DNA of 60,466 nt, counting the filler, from Jimgerdemannia flammicorona (taxonomy: Eukaryota): the NCBI GenBank assembly GCA_003990765.1. It is 3 parts of 3 records of this genome, joined end to end, with 100 filler letters (N's around TTAATTAATTAA, not from the genome) between each part and the next. Parts side by side here need not be neighbours in the genome. Positions count along the whole stretch, not along the records: positions 40,381 to 60,466 come from RBNJ01001764.1; 2 more parts are not named here. The stretch is one strand, 5' to 3'. The notes beneath the pieces were generated by a model. The model had not been told where the DNA came from and made no database searches. It worked only from the letters and a program-made list of their open reading frames with translations. Made by a program: the position numbers and the translations under genes. Of this stretch, positions 40,281 to 51,864 are shown piece by piece (position 1 is the stretch's first letter; each line of letters starts with the position of its first letter).

Positions 40281-40380
40281 NNNNNNNNNNNNNNNNNNNN
40301 NNNNNNNNNNNNNNNNNNNNNNNNTTAATTAATTAANNNNNNNNNNNNNNNNNNNNNNNNNNNNNNNNNNNNNNNNNNNN
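40281..40380. other. Artificial contig linker
   Basis: N44-TTAATTAATTAA-N44. Confidence 0.98.
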
Positions 40381-41340
40381 AAAAAAAAAAAAGAGATAGT
40401 AGAAGCTCTAATTAGTCTAGTTCTACTAAAAGCTCAGGAACTCTTTAAGAAATTTCAAGATATTTTTCAGAAATCTACAGATCTTTTATTTAAGCATCAA
40501 ATCTAACATAATATTGACCTCATACTAAGAGCATAAAAGTATCTACCAACTAACTCAGTTTGAGCTCAAAGTTTTTAAGAAGGAACTGATCAAATTACTT
40601 GCTCAAGAATATATCAAATTAAGCATATTGCTCTTTAAAGTACTAATCCTCTCTATTAAGAAGAAGAATAGCTCTTTATAGATATATATTGACTATAAAA
40701 CTCTCAACAAGATCACTATCAAAAACTGATATACTCTTCTAAGGATTAATAAGCTACTCTATCAGATATTTAAGATTAAGATATTCTCTCTACTAGATCT
40801 ATAAAATAGATATCACCAGATCCTTATTAATAAGAAAGATATAGAGAAAACAGTCTTTAGGATATAGTTTAGATATTACTAATTTCAACTTATATATTTT
40901 GGCCTAACTAATATCTCTACAATCTTTTAGAATTTTATGAATAATATCTTTAGATTATTACTCAATATATGTATTCTAGTATATATTAATAATATTTTGA
41001 TCTACAGCAAAATAGCTGAGTTACATTATACTCATCTATAAAGTATACTGAACTTACTATAAGAGCACTAGCTCTATATTAAGATGAGTAAGTATAAGTT
41101 CTACCAAGACCAGATTAAATATTTAGGATACTATTATCTCAGCTAATAGTATTAAGATAGATTTTTAAAAAGTATCAGCTCTATAAGATATTTTCATCTC
41201 TACTATTCTTAAGCTTCTTTAATACTTTTTAGAGATTGTAGATTACTATTGCTATTTTATTCAAAGATACTCTATAATTACTACCCTATTTATTAGTCTA
41301 GCATAAAAAGAAATCAATATATTAAGATCAAATAAATCTC

Positions 41341-41658
41341 TATTACTCTTAAACAAATTAAATCAATTTGAATTAAATCAAATTTGAATTGAATTAGGGG
41401 TCCAATTCAAACTCTATTTTTTGAAATATAATAACTCAATAAATATATATCCAAATTTAATGATCTTTAGCCTATTAGATTTCTCTATATAAGGAGAATC
41501 TAATAAGCTAAAAATCATTAAATTTAGAGATATATATATTTATTAAGTTATTACATTTTAAAAAATAGTATTCAAATTAGACCTCAAATTGAATTAGTCT
41601 TTGATTTGATTCAAATCAAATTAAATTAGATCTTTGATTTAATTTGTTGAGAGTACTA
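41341..41658. mobile_element. Foldback/MITE-like ~320-bp palindrome inserted in pol
   Basis: Left TATTACTCTTAAACAAATTAAATCAA pairs with right TTGATTTAATTTGTTGAGAGTACTA; inverted symmetry continues to the centre at ~41490. Confidence 0.75.
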
Positions 41659-43951
41659 GATCTTTATCTATACTGATTGCATCAGACCTTACCAGATTTT
41701 TTATATTGACTATAGATATATTAGATATTACTATTGGGGCTATACTAAGCTAAGAGCACTGTCTAGTGATCTACTTATCTCAGAAGCTTAAGCTAGTGAA
41801 AACATGCTATACTATCTATAAGAAAGACCTTCTAGTTATAGTTACTATTCTATAGAAATAGTATTACTCTAATAAGATAGTCTTTCATAGTCTATACAGA
41901 CTACTATACCCTTAGATATATTTATACTCAGCCAATACTGACCTATAATTAAGTATAATGGATAGAAATTATTACTCTCTTTAATATGGAAATTAAGTAT
42001 ATTCTAGACAAAATCAACCAAGTAGCTGATGACTTCTCAAGATATATATATAGAAGGTAAAGTTATCTTCATGGTAGAAGTAATCAGTAAACTTATCCAA
42101 CTAATCAAAGATGGCTATCAATAAGATAGTTAACTACTAGATTTTCTCTGATACTATCAAGATCTCAAAACTGAGATATTTGAACTAATAAAGAGAATAG
42201 TCAAGAGATTTATCTATTAGAATAAACTTATCTAGAATACAAAAGAGTAGTAGTATTTAGAGATAATACTCTCTGTCTCAAGATTATATAAGAACTCTAT
42301 AATATTCTTATAGCAGATTACTTTAGATTTGAAAAGACCTATAATCTCATCTCTAGAGAATTCTACTTGTCAAAGATAACTAAGGATACATATCAAGATC
42401 TTTATAGTATCATATAATATGTACTAAAGATTCAAAAGTAATAACAAGCTACCAGTCAGACTTCTATAATCTCTGTCAATCTCCTCTCATAACTGAGACC
42501 AAACTGCTATAGATTTCATTATTCAGCTATCCAAGACTTGAGTAGGATGAGATACCATCATGGTATTTATAGACTATCTCAGCAAGTAAGTCTACTTTGC
42601 TCTCACTAAGATAACTATAATAGTATCTGAAGTAGCTGAGATCTTTTTGAACTAGATATTTAGGCTATATAGTATACTAAGTACTATTGTATTAGACTAA
42701 TATTGGGATAACAACTCAATATGTAGATATGTAACTTTACACTATACTTCATTCTATTAGTTTTATATTATTTATCAGTAATGTGTAAAATATATGATCT
42801 ATATAACTTCAATAAAAATATCTCTCTCTTTATAATAAAGGTTATGAGTTCTACTAGTACTAAGTAGCTATAGTAAATAAATATATCTCTTAATATACAA
42901 TATGCTAGAATATCAAGTGATGGCCAGTCTAGTAATATACATATGTAAGTATAGAAATAGATATATTAATTATAAGTATTCTGGTAATATAAGTTCTCAT
43001 TAGTACTATAGATATAACTACTATAATAGATATGAGAAATATAGTTCTAGTTATAAGTATAAATACAGCCAAGAGGTCTATTTCAATCTTCAATAAAAAA
43101 GATTATATAATCTAAATATTCTATATAACAAATTTCTTTAATAAATATAGCTTAGCAGAGTATATAAGACTATAAGGGTAAATTCAAGATTATAATACTA
43201 CAAATAATTGCTGAGTATTATAAGAGATTACATTTATATTATTGAACTTCTAAATAAAGCTCATAATATATACAATGACTACTTACAAGATATGGAAGAC
43301 TCTATATAATCATCATATATAAATATCTATATCAAATCAATTCTATCTAAAATCTTAGCTATTTAATCTATGAATAAAGTTCAAAGAAACTATCTATAAA
43401 CTATTAAAGAGCTCATCTTTACTCAAAATAACTCTACACTAATCAAGTAAGACAATTAGTCAATAATAGTATTTGCCAAGAATCTAGTACATTATAATAA
43501 AATGAAATATATCAATATATAATATTATTTTATATAGAAATATATAGAAAATAGTACTATATATTTAGATTATATCTCTACAAAGTATATAACTACTAAT
43601 TTACTTATAAAAACCCTTCTAAGACTAAAGTTCAAGTAATGTATTAAAGGAATGAGTCTTATGAGTAATATACCAGTATTTGGATAATTTCATAATATTT
43701 TTCAGACTGTAAAAAGTCTTTCTTACAGTACTACAATTATATATATTATATTTTTTAGTAGGTATTTCAGATATTTTGAAATACTTTTTAATATATGAAA
43801 ATTTCTTAGATATAAGATTTTATAATAGTAATTTGGGTTATATATAGTTCTAGTTTTTATATATATTATATATTACTTTTTATTCTAGTTTGTATTTTCT
43901 TTTCTTTAGATACAGTTAATATATATATATATTTTTTTTTAATTTTGGTAT

Positions 43952-44388
43952 TGTAACATAGTGGATACTAAGATAGGCAAGTATGTTGGATTTCTTTATC
44001 TTGAATTCTTGTCTTCTTGACTCCCAGAGTCAGTAGTTCCTTGAGGCCAAATGTGTTTAAAGAGGTAATTCCGAAGGTCCTTTTATCAGTATACTTGTTC
44101 TTTTTCTAACACTTTTGATCTGAGGTTTATTCACTTGAAGATACTAGGTTATTTATACAAGTTTTCTAGCTATGAGATGGCTACTGAGTTACATGGCTAA
44201 GTTATGAGTCATTTAGATAATGTCGAAATGCTATACTAAATCGGGGTGTTCGATTTGGACAATGTCTAGAAATTTAGACAATGTCGAAATCAGTGACTGC
44301 TAACTATAAAACTATACTACTTTGGGAATGGGTGCAATCAAGTATCTATTCTCTATTTCCTTCTTCCTAATTCAGCTATACCATCACA
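43952..44388 (-). repeat. 3' LTR
   Basis: Direct repeat of 50141-50577. Confidence 0.95.
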
Positions 44389-44425
44389 ACTTCCTTCTGA
44401 ATAGATGGTCTCATCTCTGAGGCAT

Positions 44426-44887
44426 CTATTCAAACTCCCATGCTTCAACTATCTGTATGGTTTTGTACTGTTTAATTTGTTGCATGACTATCTCCCAATG
44501 ATGTCTCCTTATTTTATCGAAGTTGGTAGGGGTTACTCCTCGTAGGTGAGCTAATGCTGATTTATCTTCTTGAAATAGCTTGTGGATCCTTTTGGCAATA
44601 GTAATCTGTGAGTAGGAGAGTTGGCACTCTGCAATCCAGTCTTCTTTGGTCTTTGCTGAATTCTGGTTGAGCACCTGTCCAAGCTTGAAGTACTCTTGGA
44701 ACTCTGCCCAATGTTGGTAGGCACTAAAATGTAAGATCCGAGAGAGATGAGTCTGTACAATACTCTGAATATCCTCATAGTATGCCTCTATAGTTGGAGG
44801 CTCAGTGGTGTGCCATTGTCTTTCAATAGCCCTTTGTGTAGCACTAGTGATCTTGAGTGCTGCTGCAGTGCTCTAGTTATTGGCCAT
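44426..44887 (-). pseudogene. ORF3, ~153-aa accessory protein downstream of integrase (one stop at codon 5)
   Basis: MANN*STAAALKITSATQRAIERQW...YFKLGQVL...QLSYSQITIAKRIHKLFQE...HLRGVT...WEFE*; its ATG overlaps the last pol codons. Confidence 0.75.
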
Positions 44888-47800
44888 GGTACTTCTTGAG
44901 TTGGTTTTGGTGAATGGTGGTAGGGATTATTGTACCTGAGGGCTTTCATAGTCGGAAAGTAGTCCCTTTTATATCTTGCACCAGGTAAGGTCCTTCCCAT
45001 TTAGGCTCCAGTTTTTGTGACCAAGAGGCTTCTACCATATTCTGATACACCAGGACTTCATCTCCTATCTTGATAATCTCCAGGGGCTTGCGGGTTTTTT
45101 CTGCATTGCTCCATTGTAGTACCTGTACCTTGATTATGTAATCTTCTACCTTTTTCCTAATTTGATGCAATCTCTGTATCTCTGTATCCACATGCTTCCA
45201 GATTGCATCATTACCTACTGACAAACTTCTACCAGAACCTTCTTCACTGAATAGCATTTCTCATGATGTAAAATGGGTGCTTTGTAATTGTATATCCCAC
45301 AGAGTAGATAATGCTATTGGTAGATAGTGGTCCCAGTTTCCATATTCATCACAGATCTTGGTAATGATGTTCTTGAGGGTCTTGTTGGTTCTTTCTGCTT
45401 GTCTGTTTCCTTATGAGTAATAGGCTGTGGTTTTGATATGCTAGATCTTGTACTTCTTGTAAAGAACCTCATAGAACTGGTTGATGAATTCTATTTCTCT
45501 GTCTGTAGTAACTTGCTTTGGGGTCTTGAATCAGCAGATGATTTCTTTATGAAAGAAATCAGCAATTGACTGTGCATTGGCTTCCTTAAGGGGTCCAGCC
45601 TCTACCCATTTTGTAAATAGATCCACTATTACAATGATATATCAGTTGCCAGTCAATGTCAGGGGTAGAGGGCCAATTATATCCATTGCAATGTGGGCAA
45701 ATAGTATTGGTTCGATGTCTGCTGATCCAGGGGCTTGATCCCATTGGTCTTGTTTCTGTTTCTGGCATTTGTCACAGGTTCTGACAAATTGTCTGATATC
45801 TTCTTCCATTCCAGGCCACCACATGGTTCTTCTCGCTTTGTCATATGTATTTGTTCCTCCTATGTGACCTTGTTCATGTATTTCTTTTATCACTTGATTC
45901 TTCCGGTGCTCAGAGATGACTAATTGTTGTCCTTTCTTAAGTATTTCTCCATCAGTTTCAAATTGTTTCCATGTCTGATTAATAATTATTTTTGTCCATT
46001 CTTCCAGATGTGAGGGCATCTTTTGCTGCCCCAGGTAGCTGATGATTCCATAATACAGCTCTCTATTCATGGTGATTTTGTGGGGGTGGAGTCCTTCAGG
46101 GTGTCTGTGAGAGGGCATCAGCATTGGCATTGGTTTTTCCAGGGCAGTGGGTGATCATGGCATTGTATGCTTGCAGCTTCATGATCTATCGGGCATAGAT
46201 TCCTTTGGGCTCACTGGTAGTGAGCAACCAGGTGAGTGCTGAATGATCTGTCTGGATAGTGAAGTGTCTGCCAGCCAGATAGTAGTGGAACTTCTCCACA
46301 GCCCAGATGACTGCAAGGCATTCCAACTTGTATGATTCATAGGACTGCTCAGCTCCTCAGGTACCTCAGCTGAGATAAGCTACCATATATTCAGCACCAT
46401 TGTTCTTTTGTGCAAGGATAGCTCCAAGTCCCATTGCACTGGTATCCATCTGCAGAATAAACTCTTGAGTCCAGTCAGGTCTTCTCAGGATTGGGGTCTG
46501 AGTCAATCTGGTCTTGAGCTCATCAAAGGCTAGTTGCTGCTGCTGAGTCTACTGGAACTTAATCTCTTTTCTGAACAGATCATAGATAGGACTGGCGATG
46601 TGGGAGAATCTTCTGATAAATCTTCTATAGTAGGATGTAAGTCCCATGAAGGCTTGGGCTTCAGTGGTACTGGTAGGTACTGGGTATACTGCTACTGCCT
46701 TGATCTTTGTAGGGTCTGTATGTGTTTCTTCATAGTTGATGATGTGTCCAAGGTATGTGATTTCTTCTTCTCCAAACTTGCATTTCTTGGGCTTGATATA
46801 GAGGCCATGTTTGTGAAGTCTTCTGAGAATTTCCTCAATGTGGTCCAAGTATTCTTTGGCTGTTCGGCTGAAGATGATCATGTCATCTATGTATACTATC
46901 ATCCATTTCTCCATAACATCTCTGAAGATACTATTCATCATTCACTGGAAGCTTGTTGGTGCATTGCACATTCCAAAGGGCATGCGGAGATAGATATAAG
47001 TTCCATCTGGGGTAATGAAGGCTGACTTTTTGCTGGCTTCAGGTATAAGGCTAATTTGGTAAAATCCAGAGAACAGATCAAGAGTGGTGTAAAATTGTGC
47101 TTCATTCCCCAGCATAATAAGAATGTCGCCGATGTTGGGCAATGGTTGTCTGTCCTTCTCTGTGACCTCGTTGAGTCTTCTATAATCTGTACAGAGTCTT
47201 GGTGCAAATTCTCCTGGTCAGCTTTCTTTCTTTGGTACAAGAATGATGGGGGAGGACCAAGGGCTGCTAGCTTCTTCAATGATACCAGATTTCTCCATTT
47301 CCTTGATCTCTGTCTTAAGCCATTCTCTATATGCTGGTGGAATGGGGCAGGCCTTCTGATTGATTGGCTTTGCATCTCCAGTATTGACATCATGATAATA
47401 CAAGGGTTTCTTGGTCTTAATGTCCTTGAAATCTATAGCCAGTACATCCTCGAATATATACAAGAGGCTCTGCAATTCTTCCCTGAGGGGAAAGTTTCTT
47501 CTGATTGTATAGGTGTGTTTGTCTTGGCTTTCCTCCTTCTTGTACTTCAATTTGGTGATCTTAGTTGCTGTGAGGACTCCTCTTCCTGTAGAGCCGAATC
47601 TGGCTCTTCCTCGTTGAGTTTGTCTGATGTTTGCAACCTCCTTGATTCTTGGATTAAGGACAGGTAGGATGAGCATTTGTGCCAGCCGATCCTTCTTCCT
47701 TACTTCGAATGAGATTGTTGGGTTGTGATTCCTGGCGAGGAGAAGGATTTCTCCAGTATAATCCAAATTGATGACTCCTCCTTCTATAGATATTTCACTC

Positions 47801-50090
47801 TTTGCCAAGCTGCTCCTTGTCTTGAGGATTCCGACATAGTTTGGCAGGATGGTTACTTCAATTCCTGTTCCTAGAATGGTGGTGGTCTGCGGTTCGAGTA
47901 TTGTATGTGTTGTGGTGGATAGGTCCATTCCTGCTACATTCTCTGATTTGTATTGTGGCATGACTGCATCAGAGTAGATTCTTCATATCTTAACTGTGAT
48001 GTCTTCTTCATCATCACTGTCATCCAATAGTTCTGGTGGTCCATCTTCTGGTTCCTCCTGGTTCTTCTTTGGCTTGTTGGTGATCTTCTTCACCTCAATG
48101 ATACAAGAGTAGCAGCGATCCAAGTGCTGGGTACAGTACATTCTTTCACCATAGGGGCACCTTCCTAGTGGGGTATATCTGTCTGCAATTCTTATACCAT
48201 TCTCCCTCTGTCAATTGCTTGCCTTTTCCTTTCTTCATAGTAACCATATAGGCTTCTTCTTCTTGGTCTTCCTCTATCTCGGGGCAGACTCCTTTGTGGA
48301 TATTGATGGGAATTCTGATCTTCTTTCTCTGGTAGACAATCTGCATCTTCTGTGCACTGAGGTCAATCATTGTCTTGGCTTTATGAAGCCATTGATTGCC
48401 AATGAGGATATCATAGTTGGTTGCATTGGTGACAATGACATCCACAGGAATAGTGGCTTCACCGAACTTGATTGATACATCCTGGATTTTTCCCAAGAGT
48501 GTTGCTTGTGTCCCATCAGCTGTGACAAATACCAGTTTAGTGGCTTCTTCTATCTCCCAGCCTAGGCAGTCTACTGCTTTCTTGGTGATGAGACATCCTC
48601 TTGCTCCTGTATCAATAATGGCTTCGAAGACTCGATCCTCGATCTGGCAGGTAGCAAAAGCTGATGTTTTCCAATTATCTTCACTCTCTTCATCTGAATC
48701 TTCTTGTGCATTATTGGCTTCGATTATTTTCCAACCTTGGTCTTTACTGATTTCTGAGATTTCTGTCCTCATTTGTTGTCTGAATGTTGGGATTTCAGCC
48801 AGCTGGCCAAAGGTTATATTGACCTTTTGGTCCTTGAGGTCCTTGAAGATGTCATACTTGAAGGTCTTACTCTTGTGCAGTTTCTGCTCCTTCTTCCCTT
48901 CACTTGATGGAGTAGTATTTTGAATAATATCTTCTACTGCTTGCTCTAGCTCAGTATCTTGTTCTAGCTTCATTTCTTGATCAGCTTCACTCTGCTGGGT
49001 CTTGTTTCCAATGACAACTTCCAGTTGCTTTGTTTGTATCTGGGTCTTCTTAGGAGGTCTGCCTGGAGATCTTTTATAGGGACTGGATCAGACATCCTTC
49101 TTGCTTGAGGTAGCAGGGTAAGCTTCCCATTCCTCCCTCTTTTCCTCAGATTCTCCAATCTCCTCGAAGGTGATAGTGTTTGCCTACTCACGGTTCCTGG
49201 TTGTATTGCTTGGATTGGCCTTTTGCTTGGTTTCTGTCATGCATTTAGAGGCATAGTGGCCTTCTTCTCCACAGTTATAGCATGTTATGGATCATCTTGT
49301 ATTTGTAGCGACAAACTTCTGTACTGGCTTCTTCTTGAACTCTTTGACTATGTCACTGAGGTGTGCAGTCATTTCTGCGAACTGTTTGACCAGTTTCTCC
49401 ATTGGGTCAACCCTTCTCTGTTCTTGTGGTTGTGGTTGTATATTCCAGTTGACTATGGTAGCTGGGATTGTATTGGTGACTCTTGGTACTTGTTCAATTT
49501 TTACTCCAGTTATCCTTTCCATTGTATGGTCTTGAGGGTGTCTGGCAGTCCAGTATCTTTGGGCATAGGTAACCTTCTGTCCCAGGTCTAGTGGTGTTGG
49601 GGTAGATCGAATGGCTAAAGCGATTTCTTGGTGAATACCTTTCATGAAGATATTCTCAGCCACTTGGTCTTGAACTGTATCAGGATAGTCAGTGAGGACT
49701 ATTTGGTATCAGATTCTTGTGTAGAATGTGTTTGGGTCTTCTGACATTCCTTGGCAGATGGTATTCAGTTGATCTTTGAGTGCCTGTTTAATTTCATCTG
49801 TATAGTAGGTTACCCAGAGCCAGGCCTTGAAGGCCAGGATTCTTGCTGGATCGTCAGCTCCTTGTACATTAGCTGTGGTAAACGTGGTTCTTGCTGGGCC
49901 TCAGAGGCTCACAGAGAGTAGGGCTACTTATTGTACTGCCGATAAGGTTCTTACAGCAGTATACTACTCGAAATTATCAATGAAGGTGATGATTGATTCA
50001 TCAGAGGTATATCCATGGAATATGGGTGGTCTCATATCCATTCTGTCTGGTTGTGTTGTATGGGTTCTGGTTGCAGTTGTTCATTGTTCA
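44877..50090 (-). pseudogene. gag-pol polyprotein, disrupted
   Basis: CYNCGEEGHYASKC knuckle; protease IIDTGA; RT LDLFSGFYQI, RMPFGMCNAP, VYIDDMII; RNase H; HHCC and MDIIGPLP integrase; KLEPKWEGPY. Confidence 0.92.
47575..48000 (-). pseudogene. dut: dUTPase domain within pol, between protease and RT
   Basis: All five trimeric dUTPase motifs: AGMDL, TRSSL, GGVINLDYTGEI, RLAQML, RGRARFGSTG. Confidence 0.9.
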
Positions 50091-50140
50091 GCTTGAAAGC
50101 GAGGGATTCATCTTGAATCACTAGCCAATGGGCACTAAGT

Positions 50141-50577
50141 TGTAATGTAGTGGATGCTAAGATAGGCAAGTACATCAGATTTCTTTATCTTGAATTCTTG
50201 TCTTCTTGACTCCCAGAGTCAGTAGTTCCTTGAGGCCAAATGTGTTTAAAGAGATAATCCTAAAGGTCCTTTTATCAGTATACTTGTTCTTTTTCTAACA
50301 CTTTCGATCTGAGGTTTATTCACTTGAAGATACTGGGTTATTTATACAAGTTTGCTAGCTATGAGATGGCTACTGAGTTACGTGGCTAAGTTATAAGTCA
50401 TTTAGACAATGTCAAAATACTATACTAAATTGGGGTGTTCGATTTGGACAATGTCTAGAAATTTAGACAATGTCGAAATCGGCGACTGCTAACTATAAAA
50501 CTATACTACTTTGGGAATAGGTGCAATCAAGTGTCTATTCCCTATTTCCTTCTTCCTAATTTGGCTATACCGTCACA
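50141..50577 (-). repeat. 5' LTR
   Basis: Direct repeat of 43952-44388. Confidence 0.95.
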
Positions 50578-51864
50578 GTATATATATCTTCTTGAGCAAG
50601 AGTGTTGAGATAGTAACTTGATATAGATACATATATAACTTTATACCATACCTCATTCCATCAGTTTTATATATATTATTTATCAGTAATATATAAAATA
50701 TGCAACCTATATAACTTCAATAAAAATACCTCTCTATAATAACTAAAATACTAAGTTTATTAGTAACTTTTAGAAGACATTTTTTATCTTTATAAGATAA
50801 TGCTAAAATTCTCAATAGCCTACTACTCTCAGATTGATGATCAGACTGAGTATACCAATAGAACTCTTAAATAAATACTTAGTATCTTTTACTATTACAA
50901 GTAGAATGACTAAGATATATACTTAATCTATATAGAATTTGTCTACAATAATAGTTAGCAGACCTTAATAAAGAAGATCTCATTTTTTTTTTAAATTATG
51001 ATCAATATTCAAAGATACTAAGTTTAACTATAAAATTAATAGTCTCTGTAGTATGGAACTTAGCTGAGACTATCTCTAATCTTATATAAATAATCTAAAA
51101 TACTCTTATAAAGATATAGAACTACTAGATCAAATATATATATCAATTAGAAATAAAGAGAAGTCTTCTATAATATCAATGACCAGATTATACTGAGGAT
51201 AGACCACTTATACTCAGATACTCTAGCATAGTGACTATTGAGAAAGTTTTGAGTCAGAAGAATTAGACTATATTAAATTCTGAAAAAAATTCATTAAAGT
51301 TAACTACAAACTAGAGCTTTTCTATAATATTTATATATATTCAGTATTCTACATCAGTTAAGAGAATCCTTTTTCAGAGTATACAGTACTACCACTATCT
51401 CTAGTTAGGATCAATAATTATGAGAAATTCAAGATTAACTAAATTTTGGATCATAAGAACTACTAATATATAAAAATAGTTAAGTGGTTTTTTCTAATTA
51501 AGTGAAGAGCTATTCTACCCATGATATAATCTGGAAAAAAGAAGAAACTCTTGAAAATATACAAAAAATACAATAGGAGTATATGAATACTTTTAATTTC
51601 TAATAAAGAAGAGAACTAGAACTCTAATATCTAAATCAACTAAAATGAGAAAGAGTGATTAAGTGGAAAAATAGTCTTATAATTATCTAGAATATATCAA
51701 TAATGAGTACTGATAGAAAGTAATATATGTATAGAATAACTCAAAAGGAATAATCAAATACTATAGCTAGCAAAAGAGAAATATATTAACTATCTATAAG
51801 TTACTATTCTTAAATTATTAATAATAATGGCCTCTGACTAAGGAGTATTTTATTAGAGAGTTTA

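Larger units (their letters stand above)
43952..50577 (-). mobile_element. Complete Ty3/Gypsy LTR retrotransposon: gag-PR-dUTPase-RT-RH-IN + ORF3
   Basis: 437-bp LTRs (50141-50577 = 5', 43952-44388 = 3') with TG...CA ends; 4-bp TSD GTAT; PPT AGAAGGAAG next to the 3' LTR. Confidence 0.95.
42701..50741 (+). mobile_element. Ty1/Copia-type short-LTR element (non-autonomous derivative), carrying a nested Ty3 element
   Basis: ~137-bp direct repeats at 42701-42837 and 50603-50741; TSD ACTAA (42696-42700 / 50742-50746); PBS GGTTATGAG at ~42840. Confidence 0.75.
40395..51600 (+). mobile_element. Heavily mutated Ty3/Gypsy chromovirus pol (RT-RH-IN-chromodomain), split by nested insertions
   Basis: Decayed IDYK.LNKITIKN, YINNILIYS, integrase SDRD|TKF.S.FW split at 42700/50746, chromodomain-like ILDHK...IKW..Y.....W at 51420-51560. 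Confidence 0.8.

Noticed and set aside
20091..40380. Gene neighbourhood or synteny across the N gaps
   Set aside because: Identical artificial linkers and near-equal contig lengths (20090, 20090, 20086) indicate size-sorted concatenation of unrelated contigs.
44426..44887. ORF3 as a retroviral envelope gene
   Set aside because: Too short; no signal peptide, transmembrane helix or furin site visible.
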